Virus record (IMG/VR): IMGVR_UViG_3300035703_000146
Location: 1 to 47,160 of that record
Direction: 5' to 3' (one strand)
Length of the DNA stretch: 47,160 nt
From: a virus
Lineage: Duplodnaviria; Caudoviricetes
Shown: piece after piece, positions 1 to 9,776 of the stretch
Position numbering within the stretch: the stretch's first letter is position 1
Layout: the number at the start of each line of letters is the position of its first letter
Notes under the pieces: generated by a model
Database searches by the model: none
Seen by the model: only the letters and a program-made list of their open reading frames with translations
What the model was told of the DNA's origin: nothing
Program-made: the position numbers and the translations under genes

Positions 1-2
1 TC

Positions 3-1214
3 TATCGCTATGTTCTTGATTCAGAGTCTTTAGTAAACAGTATGCAAGTTTATAATAACTACTTGTATGTTGTTATTGCTAGAAACAATAAGATTGTTAT
101 TGAGCGAACTCTGCTTCAGAATGAAAAAAACGATGTACCACGAATGGATCATATGTTTAAGATTAAACTTAACTCTGACATTGGTGGTGAAGAATTAAAT
201 GTAACTTATTCAGATAGTTCTAACATTAGTTATGCTGCTTTGAATCCAACCACAAGCAAGGTTCACAGCGCACAGATTGAAGTAGAGCGTATCTTTACCG
301 CAGATAGAGATGGCAATTCAACTATCATTACAGATTTTTTAAACGATCCTAATGTAAGCATTGCCGATAAAGCAGCTTTGTTTATCATTCCTAATGATCG
401 TCTATTCTTTAATGAACTAGCAAAAGAAATAACCAGCATTAATCTACCAGCTACTGGTGATGTGTATGACTTTGTTTACACTCCAATTGGTGGGCCAAAT
501 ACTGGAATACAACAAACAATTAAAGTTCCCGGTCTAAGTAATGGTCAGTCCCTTACTTTACGCCGCTTGAATGAACCTAATGTAACTTACAATCCCGGTC
601 TACATGAAACAACCTTTAGACTACCAGCAGCAAACTATGGTGTTAACGATACCTTTAGGGTTGTTGTTGCTAAGCCTTGGGTAAACGACCCCAACTATCT
701 TGCTCAAGAAGGACTACAGCCTGAAGATCTGGTCGGAACAGCGTTCCCTCCTCTTGTATCTATCAGTTCAGATGGTAACTATCTGAATGTAGTTGTGCTT
801 GGTAAGTACGATTTCGATGACAACTTTGTTTATATCGGCAATCCATTTACAATGACTGTCGAATTAAGCCCACTTTTTGTCCGAGATCAGAATGGTGGTA
901 TTGTAGACGGTGTACTTAAGTTACGAACAGGTGTCTTCCGGCATTTCAACACAGGTAATTATGATATTGTAATTACCCATAGAGGTAGAAGTCCATTAAT
1001 TTCTTCCTTTACTGCCATTAGACCAGATTTCACCCTTGCTGAAGATAGCCTTCCACTAGAACCCTATGAAGGCCAAGGAGAATTTGTTGCCAAGGTTTTT
1101 GGTAACTCAGATTCAACCAATATAAAGATTGTATCTGACTATATTACTCCTGTAAACATCTCAACAATGGAATTCAAAGGTACATTCAAACAGAAATACT
1201 CTACAATTAATTAA
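3..1214 (+). CDS. tail tubular protein B / nozzle (T7 gp12-like), 5'-truncated by window edge
   Basis: Frame is open from position 3 (YRYVLDSESLVNS-M). C-terminus (GVLKLR...TGNYDIVI...GEF...IKIVSDYITPVNISTMEFKGTF) resembles gp12-family C-termini. Lies directly before the tail fibre gene. Confidence 0.75.
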   Translation, partial: YRYVLDSESLVNSMQVYNNYLYVVIARNNKIVIERTLLQNEKNDVPRMDHMFKIKLNSDIGGEELNVTYSDSSNISYAALNPTTSKVHSAQIEVERIFTADRDGNSTIITDFLNDPNVSIADKAALFIIPNDRLFFNELAKEITSINLPATGDVYDFVYTPIGGPNTGIQQTIKVPGLSNGQSLTLRRLNEPNVTYNPGLHETTFRLPAANYGVNDTFRVVVAKPWVNDPNYLAQEGLQPEDLVGTAFPPLVSISSDGNYLNVVVLGKYDFDDNFVYIGNPFTMTVELSPLFVRDQNGGIVDGVLKLRTGVFRHFNTGNYDIVITHRGRSPLISSFTAIRPDFTLAEDSLPLEPYEGQGEFVAKVFGNSDSTNIKIVSDYITPVNISTMEFKGTFKQKYSTIN

Positions 1215-1228
1215 TAAATGGAGACACC

Positions 1229-4200
1229 ATGAGTTATTCCAACATAACTGTTGTCACTTCGCAAGGTACTTATGGCTATTCTGTAGGAGCTACCACCTTC
1301 AATCCAATTCTTTATAACACATTGGATTTGATTCCCGGTATTCCTCACAATGCCCAATTAGAAGTTGAGCGAATCTTTTCTATTGATAGAAACGGCGTAA
1401 CCGCCACGATTCCTGACTTCCTAAATGACACCAATGTATCCGTAGTTGATAAACAGAATGTGTTTATTATTCCAAGTGATCGTATTACTTACGATACTAC
1501 TGGAAACCGAATCGTAAATGTAAACCTACCCGCCTCTGGACCTGATGTATATAACTTTAGTTATGTACCAATCAGCGGACCAAATGCTGGTACTACTCAG
1601 ACAATTGCTGTACCACAACTACGAGAAGGCGACAACATTATTGTTCGCCGTAAGACCGTCAGTAATACTTCTTTAGTTCTTTGGACTCCCGGTAGCAAGC
1701 TAACAACTGCTCAGCTAAACCTGAACACAACACAGCTTCTGTTCCTAATCCAAGAAATTCTAAACAAGGTAACAATTGTCAGCGTCAGCACCGAACAGAT
1801 TCTAGACAACGCAATTACTAGTTCTAAGATTCTAAACAAGGCAGTAACCTTTGCCAAGCTTCAGGATCTTAGCGGACCACTAAAGCTTCTTGGCTCAGGC
1901 TCTGATCCTATTAACTTCCGCGATGTACGCGAGATGTCAGTAGGTCCGGGCTTTGATGTAGTAGGAAACACAATTGATGTTAAGCCTATTGCTCCCGGTC
2001 AAAGAAATGACATTGAAGTAGTTGCTCCAAATACAGACTGGCGAATTAATCCCAATGCTGTTACTTATAGCAAGATGCAGGATGTCACCGCAGCTTCACG
2101 ACTTATTGGTCGTGGCTCTGCAAATGGCTCAGGCGACCCACAGGAACTAACTGTAGGCTCCAGCCTATCTATGGTTGGGACGCAGCTCAATGTAACCACG
2201 CCACTTACAGATGGCAACAAGGGCGACCTAACCGTTGGTAGCAATGGTACTACATTTACAATTAATACTGGTGCTATAGTTACCAACGATTTAGAGGATC
2301 ATGCTGTAATCTATTCAAAGATGCAGCGTTCCATTACAGGCAATCGTGTACTAGGTACAACAACAGCCGATAGTCATATCTCAGAAGTACAGATTAATAC
2401 TGATATGATTGCAACTGCGGCAGTAACTAATGCCAAGCTAGCCAACAGCTCTGTAAGCTCTTCCAATCTTCAGGCATCAGCAGTAACAACATCTGCTATT
2501 AATGCTAATGCTGTTACTTACGATAAGCTACAGACAGTCGTAACCGCTAACCGTGTACTTGGTTCTACTTCCGCAAATGGAGCAGTAACCGAAGTACAGG
2601 TTAATACAAACATGGTTGCTGATAATGCCGTATCTTTCCCAAAGATGCAGCAAATTCCAAGCAATACTTTGCTAGGCCGAGCAGCAGCAGGCACAGGAAA
2701 TGTAGAAACAATTACTATTACTGCTGCTGGTCGTAATCTAATTGATGAAAACAGCGTAGCAGATATGCGTCAGTACCTAGAGTTAGGAACTGCGGCTCTA
2801 TCTTCTACAGCTGAGTTTGCTCCAGCAACCCACAGCCACGGCTCCATCAATAACGCAGGACAGATTGGTACAACACCAAACCTTCCTCTCATTACTGGTT
2901 CCAATGGATTGATTTCTACTGGTACATTCGGCACAACTGTAAGCACTTTCTGTCAGGGTAATGATGCTCGTCTAAGCGATGCTCGTACTCCGCTTGCCCA
3001 TACCCATCCAATCTCAGATGTAACTAACTTACAGACTGAGCTAAATGCTAAGGCTCTTGTTGGACATACCCATGTTATTGCAGATGTAGCAAACCTACAA
3101 ACAAACCTTGATAATAAGGCTGCTATTGCACATACCCATACAATCGCTGAAGTAACAAATCTTCAGTCAGCATTAGATGGTAAAGCAGCAACAGTCCATA
3201 CACATACTATTTCTCAGGTTACTAACCTACAGACAGAGCTAGATAATAAAGCTGCTACAAGCCATACCCATACTATTGCCAATGTAACTGGTTTACAGAC
3301 TGCACTAGATGGCAAGGCAGCTAGCAGCCACACCCACGCAATGAGTGATATCACTAATCTTGATACCACCCTTGCTGGCAAGGCAAACACTACGCATACC
3401 CATGCCATTGCTGATGTAACTGGTCTTCAAACAGCACTAGATGCTAAGATTGATGATTCTCAAATTAGTGCATTTGGTCTAACTCTTATTGATGACACAA
3501 CAGCTGCAGCAGCTAGAACAACTTTAGAGCTAGGTTCTGCAGCTACACAGGCTTCTTCAGCCTTTGCAGCAGCTAGCCACACGCACACACTATCAGCCAT
3601 TACCGATGCTGGAAGTGCGGCTTCAAAGAATGCTCCTGCTGTTGGGGTTAACGCAACCTCAACTCAGGTTGTTATGGGCGATGACACACGGCTAACAAAT
3701 AGCCGCACACCCACAGCCCACACACATGCAATAAGTGATGTAACCAACCTACAGACAACACTTGATGGCAAAGCTAGTACAACTCATACGCATTCTGCTG
3801 CTGATATTACTAGTGGTACTTTAGTTGTTTCTAGGGGTGGTACTGGTGTTTCAACTACCCCAACAAACGGTCAAATCCTCATTGGAAACAACACAGGATT
3901 TAGCCTAGCTACAATCACAGCTGGTACAAACATTGCTATTAGCAACTCTCCCGGTGGTATTACAATCAGTCAGGTTGGAGATCCTGTAGCTCCTTCAGCT
4001 ATTCTTGCTGATGGAACTTATGGTGATATTACAATTGCTGGTAATACATGGACAGTTGTAAACAACGCTATCAATGGTTCTAAGATTGCTAATGATTCTG
4101 TAAGTTTTGCTAAGATGCAAAACATTGCTACAGATCGTCTATTAGGACGAGCAACCGCAGGAAGCGGAGATGTAGAAGAAATCACTCTTACTGCAGCTGG

Positions 4201-6925
4201 CCGTGACTTACTTGATGATACCTCAGCAAGCGCCCAAAGACAAACACTTGGTCTAGGTACTTCAGCTGTTCTCAATGTTTCAACTTTAGGTGATGCCGCT
4301 AGTGGTGAAGTTGTTACTGGTTCCGATAGCCGTTTAACTAACGCTAGAACACCAGTTGCACATACACACGCTATTAGTGATATCACAAACCTACAGGCTT
4401 CGCTTGATGCTAAGGTTGATGATTCCCAAATCAGTAGCTTTGCTCTTACAGTTCTAGATGATACAGACGCTGCTAGCATGAGAGTAACCCTTGGTCTTGG
4501 TACAGCCGCAACTCAGGCTTCTACAACCTTTGCTGCAGCTAGCCATACTCACACCATTTCACAGGTTACAAATCTACAGACAAGTCTTGATGGCAAGGCC
4601 AACACAGTTCATAGCCACGCTATTTCTGATGTTACCAACCTTCAGACAACTCTTGATGGTAAGACCAATGTTGGACATACTCATGTTATTTCAGATGTAA
4701 CTAACCTACAAACAGAACTAAACAACAAGGCTGCTCTATCCCATACTCATGCTATCTCTGATGTAACTAATCTGCAGACAGCTTTGGATGGTAAAGCAGC
4801 AAGTAGCCATACACATGTTATTAATGATGTAACTGGTCTACAGACTGCCCTCAATGGTAAAGTCAATACAAGTTCTGTAAGCACCTTTGGTGCTAGCCTT
4901 ATTGATGATGCTACTGCAGCCGATGCAAGAACAACTCTTGGTTTAGGTACTGCAGCTACTCAGCCATCCACAGCCTTTGCTTCTGCTTCTCACACCCATA
5001 GCACTGCTGGTTATGACAATAACTCAGTAACCTATGCAAAGATTCAGAAGGTAGCCACAGCCAATCGGTTGCTTGGTTCTACCACAGCCAATGCTGATGT
5101 TGCTGAAGTACAGGTCGCCACAGACATGGTTGCTAACTTGGCAATCACTGCTGGTAAACTAGCCGATAGTGCAGTTGAAACAGCCAAGATTAATAACCTT
5201 GCTGTAACAAGTACTAAGCTTGCAGACGGTGCTGTAACAAGCAATAAGCTTGCTAATGGTGTTGTAACTTATAACAAGCTACAGACTGTTGCTACAGCCA
5301 ACAGAGTCCTTGGTTCTACTACAGCAGGTGGTATTGTATCTGAAGTTCAGATTAATGCCGATATGCTTGCTGATAGTCTAGTTACTACAGCTAAAATTGC
5401 TGATGGCAATGTCACAGCGGCTAAACTAGCCTCTGGAGCAGCCGTAGCTAATATTGGTAACGGGAACATTACAACCGCATTGCTTGCGGATGCTAATATA
5501 ACAACAGCCAAGATTGCTAACCTTGCTGTTACTACAGGGCTACTTGCTAATAACGCAGTAACCTATGGTAAGATTCAGGCTATTGCAACTGCAAACAGAC
5601 TCCTTGGTTCTACCACAGCTGGCGGCGCAGTTAGCGAAGTACAGGTTGCTACTGATATGGTTGTTGACTCTGCCATTACTGCAGATAAGCTGGCTTCCAA
5701 TGCAGTAACCAATGCTAAGATTGCTAGCAATGCTGTAACTACAGCTAAGATTGCTGATAACAATGTTACACTTGCTAAGCTTCCACTCAGCACAACAGCA
5801 AACCGTGTCCTAGGTGCTACAACTTTAGGCTCAGCATATACTGAAGTTCAGGTTCAGACCGATATGATTGCCGATGGTGCAGTAACTGCAGCCAAGCTAG
5901 GTGCAATCAGCATCGGAAACAGTCAGCTTCTAGATGATGCTGTCTCAACTAGTAAGATTGTAAACCTTGCGGTCACTGGTGCTAAGCTTGCAGACAATGC
6001 AGTAACTGATTCCAAGCTAAGAACAGGAGCAGCTACCTCTGTAATTGGACGATCTGCTAACACTGTTGGCAATGTTGCTGATATTGTTGCTTCTGTAGAT
6101 GGACAAGTTCTTCATCGTACAGGCGGTACATTACAGTTTGGTACTCTAGGTACTGGAAGCATTTCTGATGGCGCTATTACCACAGCTAAGATTGCTAACA
6201 TTGCTGCAAATCGTGTACTTGGTACAACATCAGGAACTGTAGAAGCTGTTCAAGTTTCTACAAACATGATTTCTGATGGTGCGGTAACTGCTGCTAAAAC
6301 AAACCTTAAAGTTAAAGAAGTATTTGTAGTATTAAGTACTGTTGGTTCTGGAACATGGACAGTTCCTGCTAATGTATCTACTATTGAAGTTTGTTTATTT
6401 GGTGGTGGTGGCGGTGGACATAGAGGAGCTGGAGGCGTTCCTGCTTATAACGGACAATCTGGTGGTTTAGGTGGAGCAGGCTCTGCTATATTAACGGTCG
6501 TACCAAATACTAGTTATTCTTATACTATTGGAAATGGTGGAACCGGATCAAATGAGGGAGTTGGGACAGCAGGGGGAAATACTACAATATTAGGATTAAC
6601 AAGTACTGGTGGCGCTGGTGGTTCTGCTATAGTAACAGAGACTAGTATTCCTTCAAGTGCTGCTTCTGGTGTATTTAATATAGGAACTCTACCAAGTGGA
6701 GTTACTTTAATAAGCTCAACAACCATATATTCACCTAAATTACGAAGTATTTTAGATGGTGGTAGTAGTGGTAGTAATTCCACAACAACAGCACCAATAA
6801 CATGGAGCTATACAAGTACATCTAGACCCGGTGCTAATGGTGCTGGTGAACTAGGACAATTAGGTAATAATGCCCGTGGCGGTGTATCCGGTGCTATTAT
6901 AATTTGGTATCAAGTAATAGAATAA
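1229..6925 (+). CDS. long tail fibre protein (1898 aa) with T7 gp17-like N-terminal anchor
   Basis: RBS GGAG. IIVRRKT...PGSKLT..QLN gp17-type anchor motif, many HTHxIxxVTxLQxxLDxKA and VTxAK(I/L)AD repeats, Gly-rich C-terminal domain. Confidence 0.85.
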   Translation: MSYSNITVVTSQGTYGYSVGATTFNPILYNTLDLIPGIPHNAQLEVERIFSIDRNGVTATIPDFLNDTNVSVVDKQNVFIIPSDRITYDTTGNRIVNVNLPASGPDVYNFSYVPISGPNAGTTQTIAVPQLREGDNIIVRRKTVSNTSLVLWTPGSKLTTAQLNLNTTQLLFLIQEILNKVTIVSVSTEQILDNAITSSKILNKAVTFAKLQDLSGPLKLLGSGSDPINFRDVREMSVGPGFDVVGNTIDVKPIAPGQRNDIEVVAPNTDWRINPNAVTYSKMQDVTAASRLIGRGSANGSGDPQELTVGSSLSMVGTQLNVTTPLTDGNKGDLTVGSNGTTFTINTGAIVTNDLEDHAVIYSKMQRSITGNRVLGTTTADSHISEVQINTDMIATAAVTNAKLANSSVSSSNLQASAVTTSAINANAVTYDKLQTVVTANRVLGSTSANGAVTEVQVNTNMVADNAVSFPKMQQIPSNTLLGRAAAGTGNVETITITAAGRNLIDENSVADMRQYLELGTAALSSTAEFAPATHSHGSINNAGQIGTTPNLPLITGSNGLISTGTFGTTVSTFCQGNDARLSDARTPLAHTHPISDVTNLQTELNAKALVGHTHVIADVANLQTNLDNKAAIAHTHTIAEVTNLQSALDGKAATVHTHTISQVTNLQTELDNKAATSHTHTIANVTGLQTALDGKAASSHTHAMSDITNLDTTLAGKANTTHTHAIADVTGLQTALDAKIDDSQISAFGLTLIDDTTAAAARTTLELGSAATQASSAFAAASHTHTLSAITDAGSAASKNAPAVGVNATSTQVVMGDDTRLTNSRTPTAHTHAISDVTNLQTTLDGKASTTHTHSAADITSGTLVVSRGGTGVSTTPTNGQILIGNNTGFSLATITAGTNIAISNSPGGITISQVGDPVAPSAILADGTYGDITIAGNTWTVVNNAINGSKIANDSVSFAKMQNIATDRLLGRATAGSGDVEEITLTAAGRDLLDDTSASAQRQTLGLGTSAVLNVSTLGDAASGEVVTGSDSRLTNARTPVAHTHAISDITNLQASLDAKVDDSQISSFALTVLDDTDAASMRVTLGLGTAATQASTTFAAASHTHTISQVTNLQTSLDGKANTVHSHAISDVTNLQTTLDGKTNVGHTHVISDVTNLQTELNNKAALSHTHAISDVTNLQTALDGKAASSHTHVINDVTGLQTALNGKVNTSSVSTFGASLIDDATAADARTTLGLGTAATQPSTAFASASHTHSTAGYDNNSVTYAKIQKVATANRLLGSTTANADVAEVQVATDMVANLAITAGKLADSAVETAKINNLAVTSTKLADGAVTSNKLANGVVTYNKLQTVATANRVLGSTTAGGIVSEVQINADMLADSLVTTAKIADGNVTAAKLASGAAVANIGNGNITTALLADANITTAKIANLAVTTGLLANNAVTYGKIQAIATANRLLGSTTAGGAVSEVQVATDMVVDSAITADKLASNAVTNAKIASNAVTTAKIADNNVTLAKLPLSTTANRVLGATTLGSAYTEVQVQTDMIADGAVTAAKLGAISIGNSQLLDDAVSTSKIVNLAVTGAKLADNAVTDSKLRTGAATSVIGRSANTVGNVADIVASVDGQVLHRTGGTLQFGTLGTGSISDGAITTAKIANIAANRVLGTTSGTVEAVQVSTNMISDGAVTAAKTNLKVKEVFVVLSTVGSGTWTVPANVSTIEVCLFGGGGGGHRGAGGVPAYNGQSGGLGGAGSAILTVVPNTSYSYTIGNGGTGSNEGVGTAGGNTTILGLTSTGGAGGSAIVTETSIPSSAASGVFNIGTLPSGVTLISSTTIYSPKLRSILDGGSSGSNSTTTAPITWSYTSTSRPGANGAGELGQLGNNARGGVSGAIIIWYQVIE
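2996..4870 (+). repeat. two blocks of coding 22-aa (66-bp) HTH-x-I-xx-VT-x-LQ-xx-LD-x-KA tail-fibre repeats
   Basis: Visible in translation at about 2996-3450 and 4540-4865. Third codon positions differ between units. Confidence 0.85.
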
Positions 6926-6929
6926 TCCT

Positions 6930-7166
6930 ATGTCATCCTTCTATACCGACACAAGTTTAACAGAATTAGGATATAGAGTCGGTTCTAAAAATGCGGATTT
7001 CTTTTTAAACCTACAAGTAGACAATCCACAGTTAAATAGTGTGTTATTGTTTAATGGTTTAAACTGGAAACCAACAGATATTTCTCAAGTAATTGCTACA
7101 TATACTTTAGTGTTTGATGCAGGAAATGCATTTGACTTAGGTAGTGTATATCTGATTAATCCATAA
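6930..7166 (+). CDS. small tail-fibre-associated/adaptor protein
   Basis: 78 aa between fibre genes. VLLFNGLNWKP fibre motif and a FDAG motif near the C-terminus. Confidence 0.55.
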   Translation: MSSFYTDTSLTELGYRVGSKNADFFLNLQVDNPQLNSVLLFNGLNWKPTDISQVIATYTLVFDAGNAFDLGSVYLINP

Positions 7167-7177
7167 AGGAGGTCTTT

Positions 7178-8164
7178 ATGTCTGTTCTCATACAGTTTCG
7201 TATAAGACGAGACACAGCAGCGAACTGGACAACACAAAACCCTATCCTTGCTTCTGGAGAAGTCGGACTAGATACTACCAACAACTACATTAAAGTAGGC
7301 GATGGAGTAAACACTTGGTCAAATCTAAGTCCGGTAAATCTTTTTATACCAAACGATACTGTAACTTTTGCTCAGCTGCAAAACTTCAGTACACACTCAC
7401 GCTTATTAGGCAGTCCAAGTAATTCAACTGAACCTAGTGAAATAATTATTGGAGATGGTCTTCAGCTAGTTGGTAATACTTTATCGACTACTGAATATAC
7501 TGTAGGAGCTTTAGTTAGTAACCGTAGTGGTGCAACAATCCCAAAAGGATCTGTTGTATATATTAATGGTTCTCACAACCAAGTAGCAACCATTGCTCTT
7601 GCTAGGGCTGATGCCTATTCTACAGCAGATGTTGTTGGAGTAACCGCAGCAGCAATTCCAAATAACAGCACAGGTTTAGTAATTACCCAAGGCGTTATTT
7701 CTGGTTTAAATACTAGCAGCCTTGTTGAAGGACAGTCTATATACCTATCACCTATTGTTTATGGTGGCTTGACTTCAACAGAACCAAGCCCACCTAATTT
7801 ACAGATACAAATAGGTTGGTGTGAGTACAGTCAAAACAACAATGGAAAAATTCTTGTCAGAGTAAACCCAGAATTTACTAAGTCAGAATATATCGCGGAT
7901 AGTACTGCTATCGGTCGTGGTGTGCTTACCGCCGCCACGACCGAGGCAGCGCGAACTTCCCTTGGTTTTGGAACTGTGGTAACAAAAGATGTTCCAGTCA
8001 CAGGAAACGCAAGCACTACTGAAGTGGTTATGGGAAACGATACGAGACTTACAGATGCTCGTACTCCTCTTTATCATACCCATGTCAGTAATGATGTAAC
8101 AAACTTTAATTCTACTGTCGATACAATCGTAAGTGGATCGCCATTAGATGGCGGCAGCTTTTAA
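7178..8164 (+). CDS. tail fibre segment with Mtd_N-like N-terminus
   Basis: RBS AAGGAGG. IRRDTAANW...NPILASGEVGLDT...KVGDG..TW N-terminal motif. Ends in LDGGSF. Confidence 0.75.
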   Translation: MSVLIQFRIRRDTAANWTTQNPILASGEVGLDTTNNYIKVGDGVNTWSNLSPVNLFIPNDTVTFAQLQNFSTHSRLLGSPSNSTEPSEIIIGDGLQLVGNTLSTTEYTVGALVSNRSGATIPKGSVVYINGSHNQVATIALARADAYSTADVVGVTAAAIPNNSTGLVITQGVISGLNTSSLVEGQSIYLSPIVYGGLTSTEPSPPNLQIQIGWCEYSQNNNGKILVRVNPEFTKSEYIADSTAIGRGVLTAATTEAARTSLGFGTVVTKDVPVTGNASTTEVVMGNDTRLTDARTPLYHTHVSNDVTNFNSTVDTIVSGSPLDGGSF

Positions 8165-8177
8165 AAGGACAAAATAA

Positions 8178-9743
8178 ATGGCTAATACAATTCGTATTAA
8201 AAGGCGCATAACAGGCGCAACAGGCGCACCAGCATCTTTGGCTGTTGGTGAGCTTGCTTACAACGAAATGGATGATACATTATATATTGGTAAATACAAT
8301 AATAATACTCCACTCGTTGTTGCTGTTGCTGGATCTGGCGAATACTTACGCTTAAGCAATGTAAGTCAAACAGTCGCTGGTACTAAAACATTCAGCGGCG
8401 GTTTGCTTTATTCAGGAACACTCAATACAAGTGAAAACTCTACTCAAGTTGCTACAACAGCATGGGTCAAGAGTTTAAACTACAGCACTACAGTTGGTAC
8501 GGTTACTAGCGTAGCTCTATCGCTTCCTGCTATCTTTACGGTTACTGGCTCTCCTGTAACTTCTTCTGGAACTCTTACAGCAACCCTAGCAAACCAGACA
8601 ACTAATCTTGTATTTGCTTCGCCAAACGGATCTACTGGTACTCCAACCTTCCGTTCACTTGTTGCTGCAGATATTCCAACTCTAACAGCGGCTAAGATTT
8701 CAGACTTTGATACTCAGGTTAGAACAAGCAGACTAAATCAAATGACTGCGCCTAATGCTGATGTATCTATGGCTAGCTTTAAGATTACCAATCTTGCTAC
8801 CCCAACTTTAGATTCTGATGCTGCAAACAAGGGATATGTTGACTCAGTTGCACAGGGTTTAGATCCCAAGCAATCCGTAAGAGCTGCAACTACAGCTAAC
8901 ATTGCTACCCTATCAGGAACAATGACCATTGATGGTATTGCTCTTGTAGCTGGTGATCGTATTCTGGTCAAGGATCAGTCTACTGCAAGCCAGAACGGTA
9001 TCTATGTTGTCGCAGCTAGTACATGGGCCAGAGCAAACGATTCAGATACTTGGGCTGAGCTTATCTCTGCTTATGTATTCGTAGAGCAGGGCACAGTTAA
9101 TGCAGACAATGGCTATCTTTGCACCATTGATGCTGGTGGAACCCTTGGTTCAACCGCTGTAACCTTTGTTCAGTTTACTGGTGCTGGTCAGGTAATTGCT
9201 GGTGGTGGTCTTACTAAGAGTGGTAACACCCTTGATGTTGGTGGTACAACAAACCGCATCACAGTAAACGCTGATAGTATTGATATTGCGTCTACCTATG
9301 TAGGCCAGACTTCAATTACAACTCTTGGTACAATTGGTACTGGTACTTGGGATGCTACAACAATTGCAACAAACCGTGGTGGTACAGGACTAACATCCTT
9401 TACTAGCGGTGGTGCAGTCTACGCAACCAGTACTTCAGCACTAACAACCGGAACACTTCCTACGGCTTCTGGTGGTACAGGTCTAACTGCATTCACAAGC
9501 GGTGGTGCGGTATATGCTACTAGCACTTCTGCTCTTACTACTGGTACTCTTCCAATCGCTTCAGGTGGTACAGCCAAGACAAGCTTTACAACAAACGGTA
9601 TTGTCTATGGTAACAACACAAGCGCACTAGGAGTAACAGCTGCTGGTACTTGGGATTCAACAAACAGCATTGGACAGATTCTGTCACACAACTCTAGCGG
9701 AGTTCCTGTTTGGACTGATACCATCGACGGCGGTACTTTCTAA
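8178..9743 (+). CDS. tail fibre segment protein
   Basis: MANTIRIKR...LAVGELAYNE N-terminus, DAANKGYVD..AQGLD.KQSVRAATT module, GGTG repeats. Ends in IDGGTF. Confidence 0.75.
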   Translation: MANTIRIKRRITGATGAPASLAVGELAYNEMDDTLYIGKYNNNTPLVVAVAGSGEYLRLSNVSQTVAGTKTFSGGLLYSGTLNTSENSTQVATTAWVKSLNYSTTVGTVTSVALSLPAIFTVTGSPVTSSGTLTATLANQTTNLVFASPNGSTGTPTFRSLVAADIPTLTAAKISDFDTQVRTSRLNQMTAPNADVSMASFKITNLATPTLDSDAANKGYVDSVAQGLDPKQSVRAATTANIATLSGTMTIDGIALVAGDRILVKDQSTASQNGIYVVAASTWARANDSDTWAELISAYVFVEQGTVNADNGYLCTIDAGGTLGSTAVTFVQFTGAGQVIAGGGLTKSGNTLDVGGTTNRITVNADSIDIASTYVGQTSITTLGTIGTGTWDATTIATNRGGTGLTSFTSGGAVYATSTSALTTGTLPTASGGTGLTAFTSGGAVYATSTSALTTGTLPIASGGTAKTSFTTNGIVYGNNTSALGVTAAGTWDSTNSIGQILSHNSSGVPVWTDTIDGGTF

Positions 9744-9776
9744 TTAAACAATAGCCAGCCTATATAGGAGACTTAA

